Source: Candidatus Thorarchaeota archaeon (GTDB lineage Archaea > Asgardarchaeota > Thorarchaeia > Thorarchaeales > Thorarchaeaceae). Taken from it: 64,000 nucleotides of DNA. The position numbers and the translations under genes are program-made. This document shows, in pieces, positions 1-10,035 of the stretch. The stretch lies in contig JBHLRS010000005.1 in assembly GCA_048882325.1 (NCBI GenBank), positions 1 to 64,000 of the forward strand, written 5' to 3'. The notes under the pieces were generated by a model. It saw only the letters and a list, made by a program, of their open reading frames with translations, ran no database searches and was not told the DNA's origin. Numbering within the stretch: position 1 is the stretch's first letter; the number at the start of each line of letters is the position of its first letter.

Positions 1-1142
1 AGGGCGAGTCTGTAGACCAAGCTGAGGGTATTGATTGGTATAAGGGAACAGGTGCATTTGTTGATGATTACACTATGGAGATAGATGGTGAGCAAATCAA
101 AGCGCCGAATATCATTATTGTTGCTGGCTCGAGACCAAGCATTCCAAAGATAAAGGGTCTTGATCAAGTCGAATATTTGACTAATGATGAGGCTCTGCAC
201 CTTATGGAGCAACCAAAGTCCATGTTGATCGTCGGAGGTGGCTACATAGCTACAGAGTTTGGACACTTCTTCTCAGCGGTGGGAACAGAGGTGACCATCA
301 TTGGTAGGAACAAGTATTTGGTCAAGAAAGAGGATCCTGATGTATCTGAAATTCTCAAAGCAGAACTCAGCAAGAGAATGAATGTCCATACAAACCATGA
401 AGTCATAGAGGTACAGGAGAAGAATGGGGAAAAGATAGTCATTGCCAAAGACCGTGATTCGGGAAAAAAGGTGGAGTTTCGCGGAGAGGTTCTACTAGTC
501 GCTGCAGGTAGACGTTCAAATGCAGACCTCTTCAAGCCTGAAAGGACAGGTGTAAAGATAGACAACGAGGGTTGGGTGATTGTAGATGAATATTTCAGGA
601 CAAACAAGAAAGGAATCTGGTCTTTCGGCGATGCAATTGGTAGATATCAATTTAGGCATGTCGCAAATGATGAGTCCCAGATTGTCTGGTATAATTTTGT
701 CAGGACACTAAATGCCCAACATGATGGTTCAAAGCCAGAGTTTCTGACAATGGACTATAGAGCTATTCCTCGTGCAGTCTTTTCCTATCCACCAATTGCC
801 ACCGTAGGAATGACTCTGAAGGAAGCTAAGAAGACGGGAATGAATCTGTTGGTCGGTCAAGCAGACTACTCAGTAGCGGCTAAAGGTTTTGCTATGGGTG
901 ATCCTGCATCGTTGGTTCGCGTGATTGTGGATGCAGACAGCAGGAGGATACTTGGTGCAACAATCATCGGCCCATATGCACCAATTTTGATTCAGGAAGT
1001 CACCAACCTCATGTATACTCCAGAAGGAACCTACCAGCCAATGTTTCAAGCAATACACATTCATCCTGCGCTACCCGAGGTTGTCCAGCGCGCTTTTGGT
1101 CGGTTGGCACCACTTGATGGTGGTCATATTCACCATCATTGA
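1..1142 (+). CDS. Flavoprotein disulfide reductase (dihydrolipoamide dehydrogenase / mycothione reductase-like), 5'-truncated by window edge
   Basis: Frame is open from base 3 (GESVDQAEGIDWYKGTGAF...). Motifs GGGYIATE, GDAIG, HVANDE and C-terminal HIHPALPE; His-rich tail GGHIHHH. Confidence 0.9.
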   Translation, partial: GESVDQAEGIDWYKGTGAFVDDYTMEIDGEQIKAPNIIIVAGSRPSIPKIKGLDQVEYLTNDEALHLMEQPKSMLIVGGGYIATEFGHFFSAVGTEVTIIGRNKYLVKKEDPDVSEILKAELSKRMNVHTNHEVIEVQEKNGEKIVIAKDRDSGKKVEFRGEVLLVAAGRRSNADLFKPERTGVKIDNEGWVIVDEYFRTNKKGIWSFGDAIGRYQFRHVANDESQIVWYNFVRTLNAQHDGSKPEFLTMDYRAIPRAVFSYPPIATVGMTLKEAKKTGMNLLVGQADYSVAAKGFAMGDPASLVRVIVDADSRRILGATIIGPYAPILIQEVTNLMYTPEGTYQPMFQAIHIHPALPEVVQRAFGRLAPLDGGHIHHH

Positions 1143-1219
1143 AACGCTGTTACCCATCTGTGAGTAAGCACTGAGTATCCAGTACCTTTATCAAGTGGAA
1201 GCAATTTTTCCGGACAACT

Positions 1220-2608
1220 ATGCAGGAATATGACCTCATAGTTATCGGTTCCGGGGTCGGGATGAGGATTCTTGGCTTAGCTCATCAACAGGGATTGAAG
1301 ACTGCAGTCATTGAACATGGTCCAATTGGTGGTACATGTCTCAATAGGGGTTGTATTCCAACAAAAATACTGACTTATCTTGCAGACATCATAATGGAAG
1401 CCGCATATCTCAGTGAGATTGGTGTATCATTCAAGGTGGAAGAAATCGACTATCAGGGAATAATGAAAAGAATGCGGGAACACGTTGATATGATGAGTAA
1501 TCGTCAGCGTGAGATGATCAGTGAAGATGAAAATATAGATCTTTACCAGGGAACAGGAGTGTTTGCTGACAAGAAAATAATTGAGATCAATGGTAAGAGA
1601 ATAACAGCACCATTTATCATCATCGCTTCTGGTTCGAGACCACATATTCCAGATATCAAAGGACTACAAGATGTGGAGTATCTCACGAATGATGAAGCTC
1701 TTCGTCTTATGGACCAACCATCATCGATGCTGATTGTAGGCGGAGGATATGTTGCTGCAGAATTTGGACATTTCTTTTCAGCCGTGGGGACAGATGTCAC
1801 AATAATTGGGAGAAATGAATATCTTGTGAAGAAAGAAGACCCTGATGTATCGACTCTTCTAAAAGATGAACTCTCTAAGAGAATGCAAGTCTACACAAAT
1901 TATGAAATTATAGAAGTCAGAGAGGAAAATAGTCTGAAGGTTGCTATAGGCCAAAATCGTGAAACCGGTGAGAAGAAGGAGTTCAAAGGGGAGGTCCTGC
2001 TTATAGCCTCAGGCAGAAGGTCAAACTCGGATTTTCTTCAACCTGAGAAAGCAGGAATTCAAGTCGATCCCAATGGGTGGATTATAGTTGATGATTATTT
2101 CAGGACAAACCAAGTAGGTATCTGGGCACTCGGTGATGCGATAGGTCGATATCAATTCAGACATGTCGCAAATGAGGAATACAGAGTGCTTTGGCATAAC
2201 ATGTTTGCAGAAGATGATTCTCGATTTAAGACTATGAAATATGACGCTATACCTAGAGCAATCTTCTCCTATCCTCCGATTGCGACCGTGGGAATGACAC
2301 TAAAAGAGGCAAAGGAGTCTGGCAAAAAGCTCCTGGTTGCAGAAGCGGACTATTCGTGGGTTGCAAAAGGATTTGCGATGGGCAATCCACCAAGTTTAGT
2401 CAGAATAATAGTAGATGAAGATAGTAGAAAGATACTGGGTTCAACTATCGTGGGTCCTCACTCTCCGATTCTCATCCAAGAAATCATTACCCTGATGTAC
2501 ACATCCGAGGGAACAGATGAGAAATTGTTTGAAGCAATCCACATCCACCCTTCTTTGTCAGAGGTTGTTCAGCGAGTACTGTACAAACTAGCACCACTTG
2601 AGGAATAA
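1220..2608 (+). CDS. Flavoprotein disulfide reductase, tandem paralog of the upstream gene
   Basis: FAD motif GSGVG, redox-active disulfide GGTCLNRGCIPTK, GGGYVAAE, HIHPSLSE. Confidence 0.93.
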   Translation: MQEYDLIVIGSGVGMRILGLAHQQGLKTAVIEHGPIGGTCLNRGCIPTKILTYLADIIMEAAYLSEIGVSFKVEEIDYQGIMKRMREHVDMMSNRQREMISEDENIDLYQGTGVFADKKIIEINGKRITAPFIIIASGSRPHIPDIKGLQDVEYLTNDEALRLMDQPSSMLIVGGGYVAAEFGHFFSAVGTDVTIIGRNEYLVKKEDPDVSTLLKDELSKRMQVYTNYEIIEVREENSLKVAIGQNRETGEKKEFKGEVLLIASGRRSNSDFLQPEKAGIQVDPNGWIIVDDYFRTNQVGIWALGDAIGRYQFRHVANEEYRVLWHNMFAEDDSRFKTMKYDAIPRAIFSYPPIATVGMTLKEAKESGKKLLVAEADYSWVAKGFAMGNPPSLVRIIVDEDSRKILGSTIVGPHSPILIQEIITLMYTSEGTDEKLFEAIHIHPSLSEVVQRVLYKLAPLEE

Positions 2609-2614
2609 TTCTCG

Positions 2615-2947
2615 TTACCAGACCATAGGCGTATATCCTTCTTTTAGTAAATCTGCGATCATACTACCCACATAATCAACAGCGATTCCTAATCCCTCAA
2701 TTCGCTCTGATATGCCATCCCGGTCTGAAAGAAACTTGCAAGCCACGGGTTGGCCCAGGCTAGCTAATTCAGCTGCGGAGTTTGTGACATCTGTATCACC
2801 GACCAAGAGGTTTTCTGAAGGACCAAAGAACATTACCTTGACATTTTCTATCCAACCAAACTTGATGGTGTTTTTCGCGTACAATAGTGCAGTGAGTGCT
2901 TTTTCCCTATCACCCGAGGCAATTATTACTAGTAGTTTCGAGGTCAT
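2615..2947 (-). CDS. DsrE/DsrF-like protein
   Basis: KLLVIIASGD...VKVMFFGPSE...VACK...YVGSMI pattern; start taken at MTSK. Confidence 0.75.
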   Translation of the reverse strand: MTSKLLVIIASGDREKALTALLYAKNTIKFGWIENVKVMFFGPSENLLVGDTDVTNSAAELASLGQPVACKFLSDRDGISERIEGLGIAVDYVGSMIADLLKEGYTPMVW

Positions 2948-3050
2948 GTCAATTGACTCCGAAAACACCACATTCAGTTTTGCTCTAAAATATGATGGTG
3001 ACGAAGCACTTTTCTTGATGATTGTACCAATTTTGAGAATAGGTGATTAT

Positions 3051-3305
3051 ATGGGAGATAAGAAGCAAATCGGAGTCATCACTAGATACTTCCACAAGAT
3101 TGGTGTCGCAGCAATCATGCTTGAGGATAGCCTTTCAGTTGGCAATAAAATCAGCATTGAAGGCGCAACCACGAACTTCGAGATGACGATAAAATCAATG
3201 CAGGTCGATAGAGCAGATATAGAAACAGGAAGCAAAGGACAAGAGATAGCCATTAAAGTTCCAGACCGTGTTCGTGAGAAAGATATAGTCTATCTCATAA
3301 ACTAA
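3051..3305 (+). CDS. Small beta-barrel protein (archaeal translation elongation factor-like / U32 peptidase C-terminal domain)
   Basis: IGVITRYFHKIGVAAI...SMQVD...GQEIAIKVPDRVREKDIVY; GGTGA RBS before ATG 3051. Confidence 0.8.
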   Translation: MGDKKQIGVITRYFHKIGVAAIMLEDSLSVGNKISIEGATTNFEMTIKSMQVDRADIETGSKGQEIAIKVPDRVREKDIVYLIN

Positions 3306-3318
3306 CTCTATTGAAGAA

Positions 3319-3894
3319 TCATATTTGTCTAATGTAACAAAGACTCTCATACTTTTTGTATGGCCCAAATTCTGATCTTTGTAAAGTTCCAATTTGAGTA
3401 TATCCGCGGGATTCATGAAAAGAGTAAGATGCGAAATTTCTGAAAGGTTTTAGTGCAACAAAGACTAGAATTGGAAGACCGAAGTCTCCTATATATTCAT
3501 AGAGAAAACTAGCAATTCCCTGTCTATGAAATCCACGTTTCACTGCAACTTGACTGATATGAAGATACCTTGACTTAAGTAAGGATGAGAGAAGGTGCCT
3601 ACTATCTTCACGATTCCACCTCATTCCATCTAGCAATTTTTCGTCAAAAACTTTCGATACTCTTGCGTAGCACAGCAAGTTTTCTTGAGATTCTTTCACA
3701 AGATAGAAAGTCGTTATGTGAGAAGTGATAGAATCTTTGATATCTGCTTCATTATATTTAATCACTAAGAAACCATCTTCAGAATCTCGAGATTCTGAAA
3801 ACTGATGATTGATTTCTAAAATGCCCTTTACATCGTTGTACGTTGCTTCAGATATGTATAGTTTCTCTAACATCGATCTATTTTGATTTATCAT
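3319..3894 (-). CDS. GNAT family N-acetyltransferase
   Basis: Motif A QVAVKRGFHRQGIA and motif B NFASYSFHESRGY; visibly AT-rich. Confidence 0.75.
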   Translation of the reverse strand: MINQNRSMLEKLYISEATYNDVKGILEINHQFSESRDSEDGFLVIKYNEADIKDSITSHITTFYLVKESQENLLCYARVSKVFDEKLLDGMRWNREDSRHLLSSLLKSRYLHISQVAVKRGFHRQGIASFLYEYIGDFGLPILVFVALKPFRNFASYSFHESRGYTQIGTLQRSEFGPYKKYESLCYIRQI

Positions 3895-3912
3895 GCTTGA
3901 ATAAGAGAATTT

Positions 3913-3948
3913 AGTGGATGGAACGCGCTTACGATCATTCCATCCACT
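3913..3948. terminator. Perfect 11-bp inverted repeat, probable terminator of the 1102-aa GNAT gene
   Basis: AGTGGATGGAA-N14-TTCCATCCACT, 6 nt past the stop at 3955. Confidence 0.55.
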
Positions 3949-3954
3949 TTCATT

Positions 3955-6900
3955 TTAAAGGGCATCTAGAACTTCCTGTATAGCACGAACATCATCCATA
4001 CTTTTTGGATCGACTAGGAAACCTGCTGTCAGGATTTTTTTCTCGCCTGGCATCAACCAAGTCACCCCATCAACTCCGCCAAGAAGCATCAACTCTCCAA
4101 GATTAGCTGCAATCATTCGAGAATCATGACCACCCATCATGAAGCTGAAACCTGAAGTGCTATCCTGGTCATTATTAGGTTTTAACCAAACAACGTTCTG
4201 GGTTGGAGTCACAGCTACGGGAATCATTCCTTTTCGAAGGTCCACTGCTTCATCATCCCAAATTGTCTGAAAGCCGCCACCTGCAAGTTGTTCAGTTATT
4301 TTCGGATCCACTAGGAGCGTTGGCCAGAACTTCAATGGAGCTTTGGTCCTGTTTGTAATCACCCACTGCATGAAGACCAATGGACTCCTCACAGTGGTCA
4401 GATATCGTATTTTAAAGTCAACACCTTTTGCTAGTTTCTGAAGTTTACCTTTCCAAGATATTTCGACACCTTTCCAGAATCCATCTTCAAATTCAATTCC
4501 CTTCATCTTCTCCTTATTTGTTCGAGATTTATCTAAATCCTCACCCATTTCCTCATCGAAGACAAACGGTTGGATTCCTCCGTAATAATTGTCGAAGAAA
4601 CCACCGGGTTTAGGAGCTGGTGTTGGAAACGAGTTGTCAAGAAACTCTACACCTTTACTATTCTTCAGAGAGATTAAACAGCCACCAAAGTCTGGAGACA
4701 CCGTGAATTCAATCAATCCATTTTTGACATGAAACACACTGAGACCATGTTGTTTATCTTCATGAACTTCTACAGTTCCCTTCGTTGTACCCAGCTGTAC
4801 TAGATGAAGTCGCTTCCTCAGCTCCCAATCTGTTTTGAATTCAACCAACGCTCGATAGACTCCAAACTCATCAGCAACCTTTGGACCAGGATTCAGTTTC
4901 AGTTGAAAAGTAGCATCTTGCGTTAGGTGTATTCCACCAGATGCTATAGCTCCCTGTTCTGCCGACTCCAGTTCTATATCAGTCGGAATAATTGTGGAGG
5001 TCCAACCCTCAGGAGCAAAACAGCGGAGCTGACCCTTGAGAGGAACAACCGTTGATTTACTCAGCCTGACTTCTCCCTCAGTATCTTGCTTATGAGGGAT
5101 GACCATTGGTTCGATTTCGAGATTGACAAGTGCACTGGGCGTTTCAGATCTAAATGATTCAACTCTGTCCCCATAATATCCTAAAACTCTCGATCTCCAA
5201 ATTCGTCTTACATGTGCCCAGCTTTGAGCTCCATATACAAACCACAATTGGGATATTCTTCGGGTTTCTCCAGGTTCTAGTGTGACCTGTGGATAGCTTA
5301 TCAAGTTCATTTGAGCATGTCCAACCCGTATTTCCTCTATTGCTGAGTTGTCCCACATCTCGCCTGTGAACACGCCACCTTGCTCATTAGCAATCCAACC
5401 CTCAGAAAAAATAGAGGGTTCACTTGGTATAGCTGGATAAGATGCATAGAAGTTACCAAGTTTCTCCTTTACTACCCCTGAGGCTAATGGAATGTACATA
5501 TCTCCCTCAGCGAAAGAGATTCCACCACCACGGCCAACTAATCGCAATTGAAAAGTTTCACTCTCGGTGCTTGTGTTTGTCACCCAGATTTCATGGAGAA
5601 TGATTCCAGTTCCATGTTCGAATCTTGCACGATCCTCAATATCAAGAGGTCTGTTCGGGTGATGAGCTCTCATAGATACTATAGTTTCAGAATCAGATGT
5701 TGTGATTATGGGTTCGCGCTCGGCAAACCGGAATGGATTGATACCGAATGGTGGACCAATCGCAGATCTTACTTGTAGACCAGTCTCGCTAGGGCTGAAA
5801 CTGTTGTTTGCATTAAGAATTGCACCTTCTATGCTAAAGTATGCGTGATAGAGTGACGAAACAATCACTAGTCTTCTACGAATATCATCTTGACCAACGA
5901 CAACTCCCCTATTACCTAGACAGAAGACGGGTATCCTGAACTTCCGAGTTCTGACAATGGAATCGGATCCGTTCTCAATCTCAAACCAAACCCAAATGTC
6001 GTGAGCGCCTTCCTCAAGCTCAGAATCAGACGATACATGAAGAACTGTGCCTCCGAAACCATCACCATCAAGCTTTATTTTCTTGTCATCGAGAGTCACC
6101 TTGATACGTGAGTCATTAGAATCAAATTGGATTGTTGCTGTTCTTTTTGTTGGCAAGTTATTTACAACTGTCAATGGAATAGAAGTCTGTCCGCCAGCTG
6201 CTATTCTTGCTATTCCCCACCGAGTCTTTATTTCAGCTGCTGGCTTCACCTTGAGGCCTGTGATGAGCTCTGACTTTTCTCCATCAACCTCTACCTCAGT
6301 GATGATAGTTGGTGCTTTGATACTATCTCTAAAAAGCGGTGCTGAAGGGTCTAGATGATAAGGCAAAGTCCATTCAAACTTCTCACCTGGTTTCACCTTT
6401 TTCGAAACTGACGATTTATCATCAAACACCAATCCATCGAAGGCTTTCAACCCAGCTGAAACAGAAATATCAGATTTGGTTCCATTCACAACATTAAGGG
6501 TGTATGTGTATGATAATCCACACAGAACTTGGTGGGAACTGATTTTTGCAGCAACCTTGAGTTTCGATTCTCCAATTGTTCGTTCAATTGAGGTTATACC
6601 ACGTCCATAACGATCTACAATCACTGACAGATGGTCATCACCATTTGTGAACTGATATGGATAGCTCGCTAAACCATCCATTTCAAATTCATCTGGAGCC
6701 TGAACTGGGTCTCTTACGTGTACGTCGTACCAGTCATCTTTGCCGCTAAGTGGTACAAAGAAAGGACGACAGAGGGGATGTTGTAGAATTCCAGGGACAT
6801 AATCTTCCATATGTACTCCACTAATCTCTGGGTTCCACATCATACCAATTTTCTTGTAAAGTGGTACCGCTTTCATATTCCCTGCCCATGTGTTGAGATC

Positions 6901-7263
6901 GACTCGAGTATAACCTTTCTGAGAGGCTCTGGAAATAGACTCAAGAAGTAGACGTTTTCCAATTTTCTTTCCTAGAGCTTCAGGTGATACACCAAGTGTT
7001 CCGACATATGCTGCTTCCGTATCCCGCCAATGAGCAAAGAGTGTGCAAGACCCAAGTGGTTTCTTCGTTTCATTGTCAACAGCTATTAGGATAGCCAGAG
7101 CATCTGATTTGCCAAACTGCTTGTGTACACGCTCAGCAGTATACGGAACGCCTTGTGTAAATCCTCCAGGCCATAATTCGTCCCAAGTGTTCCACATGGC
7201 TGCGACATCTTCGGCAAGAGATTCGTTATAATCAAGGATTTCAATCCCAATCGCTTCAGTCAT
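3955..7263 (-). CDS. Large multidomain protein with N-terminal GNAT domain (1102 aa)
   Basis: N-terminal LGVSPEALGKKIGKRL and TWAGNMKAVPLYKKIG; ~900 aa beta-rich C-terminal region of unassigned function. Confidence 0.8.
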   Translation of the reverse strand: MTEAIGIEILDYNESLAEDVAAMWNTWDELWPGGFTQGVPYTAERVHKQFGKSDALAILIAVDNETKKPLGSCTLFAHWRDTEAAYVGTLGVSPEALGKKIGKRLLLESISRASQKGYTRVDLNTWAGNMKAVPLYKKIGMMWNPEISGVHMEDYVPGILQHPLCRPFFVPLSGKDDWYDVHVRDPVQAPDEFEMDGLASYPYQFTNGDDHLSVIVDRYGRGITSIERTIGESKLKVAAKISSHQVLCGLSYTYTLNVVNGTKSDISVSAGLKAFDGLVFDDKSSVSKKVKPGEKFEWTLPYHLDPSAPLFRDSIKAPTIITEVEVDGEKSELITGLKVKPAAEIKTRWGIARIAAGGQTSIPLTVVNNLPTKRTATIQFDSNDSRIKVTLDDKKIKLDGDGFGGTVLHVSSDSELEEGAHDIWVWFEIENGSDSIVRTRKFRIPVFCLGNRGVVVGQDDIRRRLVIVSSLYHAYFSIEGAILNANNSFSPSETGLQVRSAIGPPFGINPFRFAEREPIITTSDSETIVSMRAHHPNRPLDIEDRARFEHGTGIILHEIWVTNTSTESETFQLRLVGRGGGISFAEGDMYIPLASGVVKEKLGNFYASYPAIPSEPSIFSEGWIANEQGGVFTGEMWDNSAIEEIRVGHAQMNLISYPQVTLEPGETRRISQLWFVYGAQSWAHVRRIWRSRVLGYYGDRVESFRSETPSALVNLEIEPMVIPHKQDTEGEVRLSKSTVVPLKGQLRCFAPEGWTSTIIPTDIELESAEQGAIASGGIHLTQDATFQLKLNPGPKVADEFGVYRALVEFKTDWELRKRLHLVQLGTTKGTVEVHEDKQHGLSVFHVKNGLIEFTVSPDFGGCLISLKNSKGVEFLDNSFPTPAPKPGGFFDNYYGGIQPFVFDEEMGEDLDKSRTNKEKMKGIEFEDGFWKGVEISWKGKLQKLAKGVDFKIRYLTTVRSPLVFMQWVITNRTKAPLKFWPTLLVDPKITEQLAGGGFQTIWDDEAVDLRKGMIPVAVTPTQNVVWLKPNNDQDSTSGFSFMMGGHDSRMIAANLGELMLLGGVDGVTWLMPGEKKILTAGFLVDPKSMDDVRAIQEVLDAL

Positions 7264-7394
7264 CTATACATCATTCCATTGTCTTGTGACGTGTTTATCG
7301 AAGGTTGGTCACACGATATGCTGTTTATGAGACAAACTGACCACTTTTGTGACCAGTATCTCCTACGATTCTGCATAAGGAGCTAATCATCTCG

Positions 7395-7439
7395 GTATAT
7401 ATAGCGAAGCCACTTGATAGGGTCACATATTGTTACTAT
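7395..7439 (-). promoter_or_regulatory. TATA box plus GTCAC operator (copy 1 of 3)
   Basis: GTATATA-N9-CACTTGA-TAGGGTCACATATTGTTACTAT; same spacing at 36766 and 50280. Confidence 0.6.
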
Positions 7440-7467
7440 GAAAAACATTGAGAAAACGAAATTCTGT

Positions 7468-8052
7468 TTATTTTGTCATCTTCCGTGTTCCTTCACGAGA
7501 TATGATCTGATCACCATCACCAATTTCTATATTCTCATAGCGAGACATAACAAACAGTAAATCTGAGAGTCGATTAATGTATTTAATGAGGTCTTCATTT
7601 ACTGGCTCCTTGTTTGCATAATAGACGATGCGTCGTTCTGCTCGACGACAGACGGTTCTACTTACATGCAGGAATGCAGCAGCTTTTGTTCCGCCAGGAA
7701 TTACGAAATTAGCGAGAAGTGGAAGCTCTTCTGACAGCTCATCCGCTATTTGCTCAAGGTATTCTACATCCTCAGCCGTTACCCGTTGCAGTTTCCACAT
7801 GGGGTCATCAGATTTTATTGAGGACTCATTTGTGGCTAGTTCTGCGTTGATGAGAAACAGCTTCTGTTGAATATCATGCAAGTAGTTGGCTATTCTCTCG
7901 GAGGCATGAACTTTGGCAACCCCCAAGGTTGTGCCTAGTTCATCAACAGTTCCGTATGCTTCAACGCGAGGATCGTCTTTGTCTATTCGTTCACCCGATA
8001 AGAGACCTGTCTTTCCCTTATCTCCAGCCCTTGTGTAGATTCTCTTTGACAA
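7468..8052 (-). CDS. pduO: Cob(I)alamin adenosyltransferase, PduO type
   Basis: IYTRAGDKGKTGL, AYGTVDEL, FVIPGG, RTVCRRAER, YINRLSDLLF; start uncertain (8052 TTG or 8079 GTG). Confidence 0.93.
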   Translation of the reverse strand: MSKRIYTRAGDKGKTGLLSGERIDKDDPRVEAYGTVDELGTTLGVAKVHASERIANYLHDIQQKLFLINAELATNESSIKSDDPMWKLQRVTAEDVEYLEQIADELSEELPLLANFVIPGGTKAAAFLHVSRTVCRRAERRIVYYANKEPVNEDLIKYINRLSDLLFVMSRYENIEIGDGDQIISREGTRKMTK

Positions 8053-8173
8053 GCTACCACCACTCCGTAAATCAACCACTTAGATGATTAGCCTTTCCAT
8101 ATAGTGTATCATAAGGGTATCCGCTTAAATAGAACCTCAACGGTTAGATTTGATTCGTGGTGAGGAATCAATC

Positions 8174-10018
8174 ATGTCAAAAAAGAAGAAAGAATTAGTA
8201 TTGGAGGAACTGCTTGCTTTACCTTTGCAATTTTGGGCCGCTTCAGGTCGGTCAACTAACAGAATTGCGTACGTATCGAATAAGACTGGCCGCTCTGAGC
8301 TCTATTTGTTTGATCTAGATTCCAGAGAAATAACTCAACTAACAGACGGAGAATTTCCAGCATCTCCAGTTGGATATCATGTTTGGACTCCAGATGATTC
8401 ATCCATATTGTTCACAAAGGATCCCATACCTGGGAATGAGAAGAACGATGTTTTTTCGATATCAGTTCCAGAAGGAGAATTGAAACAGCTAACAGACACG
8501 CCTGATAGCCGTGATGATCTTGGAGAAGTGAGTCATAATGGAAAATGGGTCATCTTTGCATCAGACATGAAAGAGGGAAAGACACAACTCTTCAGAATGA
8601 ACATTGATGGTTCAGATATTTTGCAACTGACTGACCATGTTCGCCCAGTAGCTTTCTGGTATGATTTCGTGATTTCTCCTGATGACAAATGGGTCGCATA
8701 CACAGCCAATGACTCCGAAAACCTCCAAAATCTGGACGTATGGATTGTCAGAATAGACGGTTCTGAAAAGAAGAAGCTCATCTCAATCAAAGATGGTTCA
8801 CAAGATATCTCCGTAACATGGTCACGAGATGGATCAATGCTATTGTTCGGTTCAGACCACTCTGGTGTTGAACAGGCGGGAGTTTACTTCATGAAAGATG
8901 CCAAAATGAAATGGTTTGGAAGCAAAGCAAGTCCTGAAGTTCCTATCACCTTCACTGCTGATGGGACACACATAGTTGTAAGACGAGATGCGGATGCAGA
9001 AATGAGACTGCTCCTCTATGAAGTTGATAGTGGAAGAGAAGTTTCAATGAACCTTCCTTCAGGTGTGTGCGGAGCCCGTCATATCACTGCAGATGGAAAG
9101 AAACTCATTGTAGGACATCAGGATTCAACTCATCGGATGCATTACTTGACTTATGATTTTGAAACGCATTCTTATGAAGAGATAATTCCTGCTGAATATG
9201 GAAATTATACACCGGATGATTTTCATCCAGATGAGTATGTGAGCTATAAGTCAGGGGATGTAACGATCTATGCTTTATTGTACAAGCCTAGAGAATTACC
9301 TTCAGACATGAAACTACCTGCAATTGTTATGCCACATGGAGGGCCAACGTCGCATTACACTCGTTTGTTTGATGCTTATTCACAGGTGTTGGCTGACAAA
9401 GGGTATATAGTGCTGCAACCCAATGTCCGAGGCTCTACAGGATATGGTGTAGAGTTTAGAGACGCATGTCTCAATGATTGGGGAGGTAAGGACTTGGAAG
9501 ATATTGAGGCAGCTGTGGCCTATTTGAAGGACCTTGATTTTGTGGATTCGGATCGAATTGGTATTTCTGGAGGGAGTTATGGTGGATATATGACTTACAT
9601 GGCGGTCACTAAAAAGCCAGAACTGTGGAAGGCAGCCTCTGCAGCTGTGGGTATCACATCGATAAAACATCTCTATGATAAGACAAAGGAAACATTTCCC
9701 GCATTATCATATTACTTGGAAGAGCAAATGGGCAAACCTGAAAAAAAGGAAGTACTTGATCTGTGGGAAGATCGAAGTGCCATCAATTTTGCAGATAAGA
9801 TGACTGCGAAGCTTCAGATTGTTCACACTGAAAATGATCCGCGTTGTCCTATTGAGCAAGCGGCAATTTTCAGAGATCGGCTCCTAGAGCTAGGTAGGAA
9901 AGAGGGTGAAGACTTCGAATATGTTGTACTAAAGGACATGGGTCATGGATCCCTGGAGGTTACACAACGCACTCAGATGTTCAAACATCTAGTGGATTAC
10001 TTTGATGCCAACTTGTAG
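8174..10018 (+). CDS. S9 family (acylaminoacyl/prolyl oligo) peptidase with TolB-like propeller
   Basis: PHGGP, NVRGSTGYG, catalytic GGSYGG, ENDPRC, DMGH. Confidence 0.92.
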   Translation: MSKKKKELVLEELLALPLQFWAASGRSTNRIAYVSNKTGRSELYLFDLDSREITQLTDGEFPASPVGYHVWTPDDSSILFTKDPIPGNEKNDVFSISVPEGELKQLTDTPDSRDDLGEVSHNGKWVIFASDMKEGKTQLFRMNIDGSDILQLTDHVRPVAFWYDFVISPDDKWVAYTANDSENLQNLDVWIVRIDGSEKKKLISIKDGSQDISVTWSRDGSMLLFGSDHSGVEQAGVYFMKDAKMKWFGSKASPEVPITFTADGTHIVVRRDADAEMRLLLYEVDSGREVSMNLPSGVCGARHITADGKKLIVGHQDSTHRMHYLTYDFETHSYEEIIPAEYGNYTPDDFHPDEYVSYKSGDVTIYALLYKPRELPSDMKLPAIVMPHGGPTSHYTRLFDAYSQVLADKGYIVLQPNVRGSTGYGVEFRDACLNDWGGKDLEDIEAAVAYLKDLDFVDSDRIGISGGSYGGYMTYMAVTKKPELWKAASAAVGITSIKHLYDKTKETFPALSYYLEEQMGKPEKKEVLDLWEDRSAINFADKMTAKLQIVHTENDPRCPIEQAAIFRDRLLELGRKEGEDFEYVVLKDMGHGSLEVTQRTQMFKHLVDYFDANL

Positions 10019-10035
10019 ATAGCGCATCAAGTGAT

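Noticed and set aside
2712-3050. N-terminal extensions given by the ORF track (also 20545..20838 and 11200..11271)
   Set aside because: They overlap neighbouring genes; better starts with RBS lie downstream
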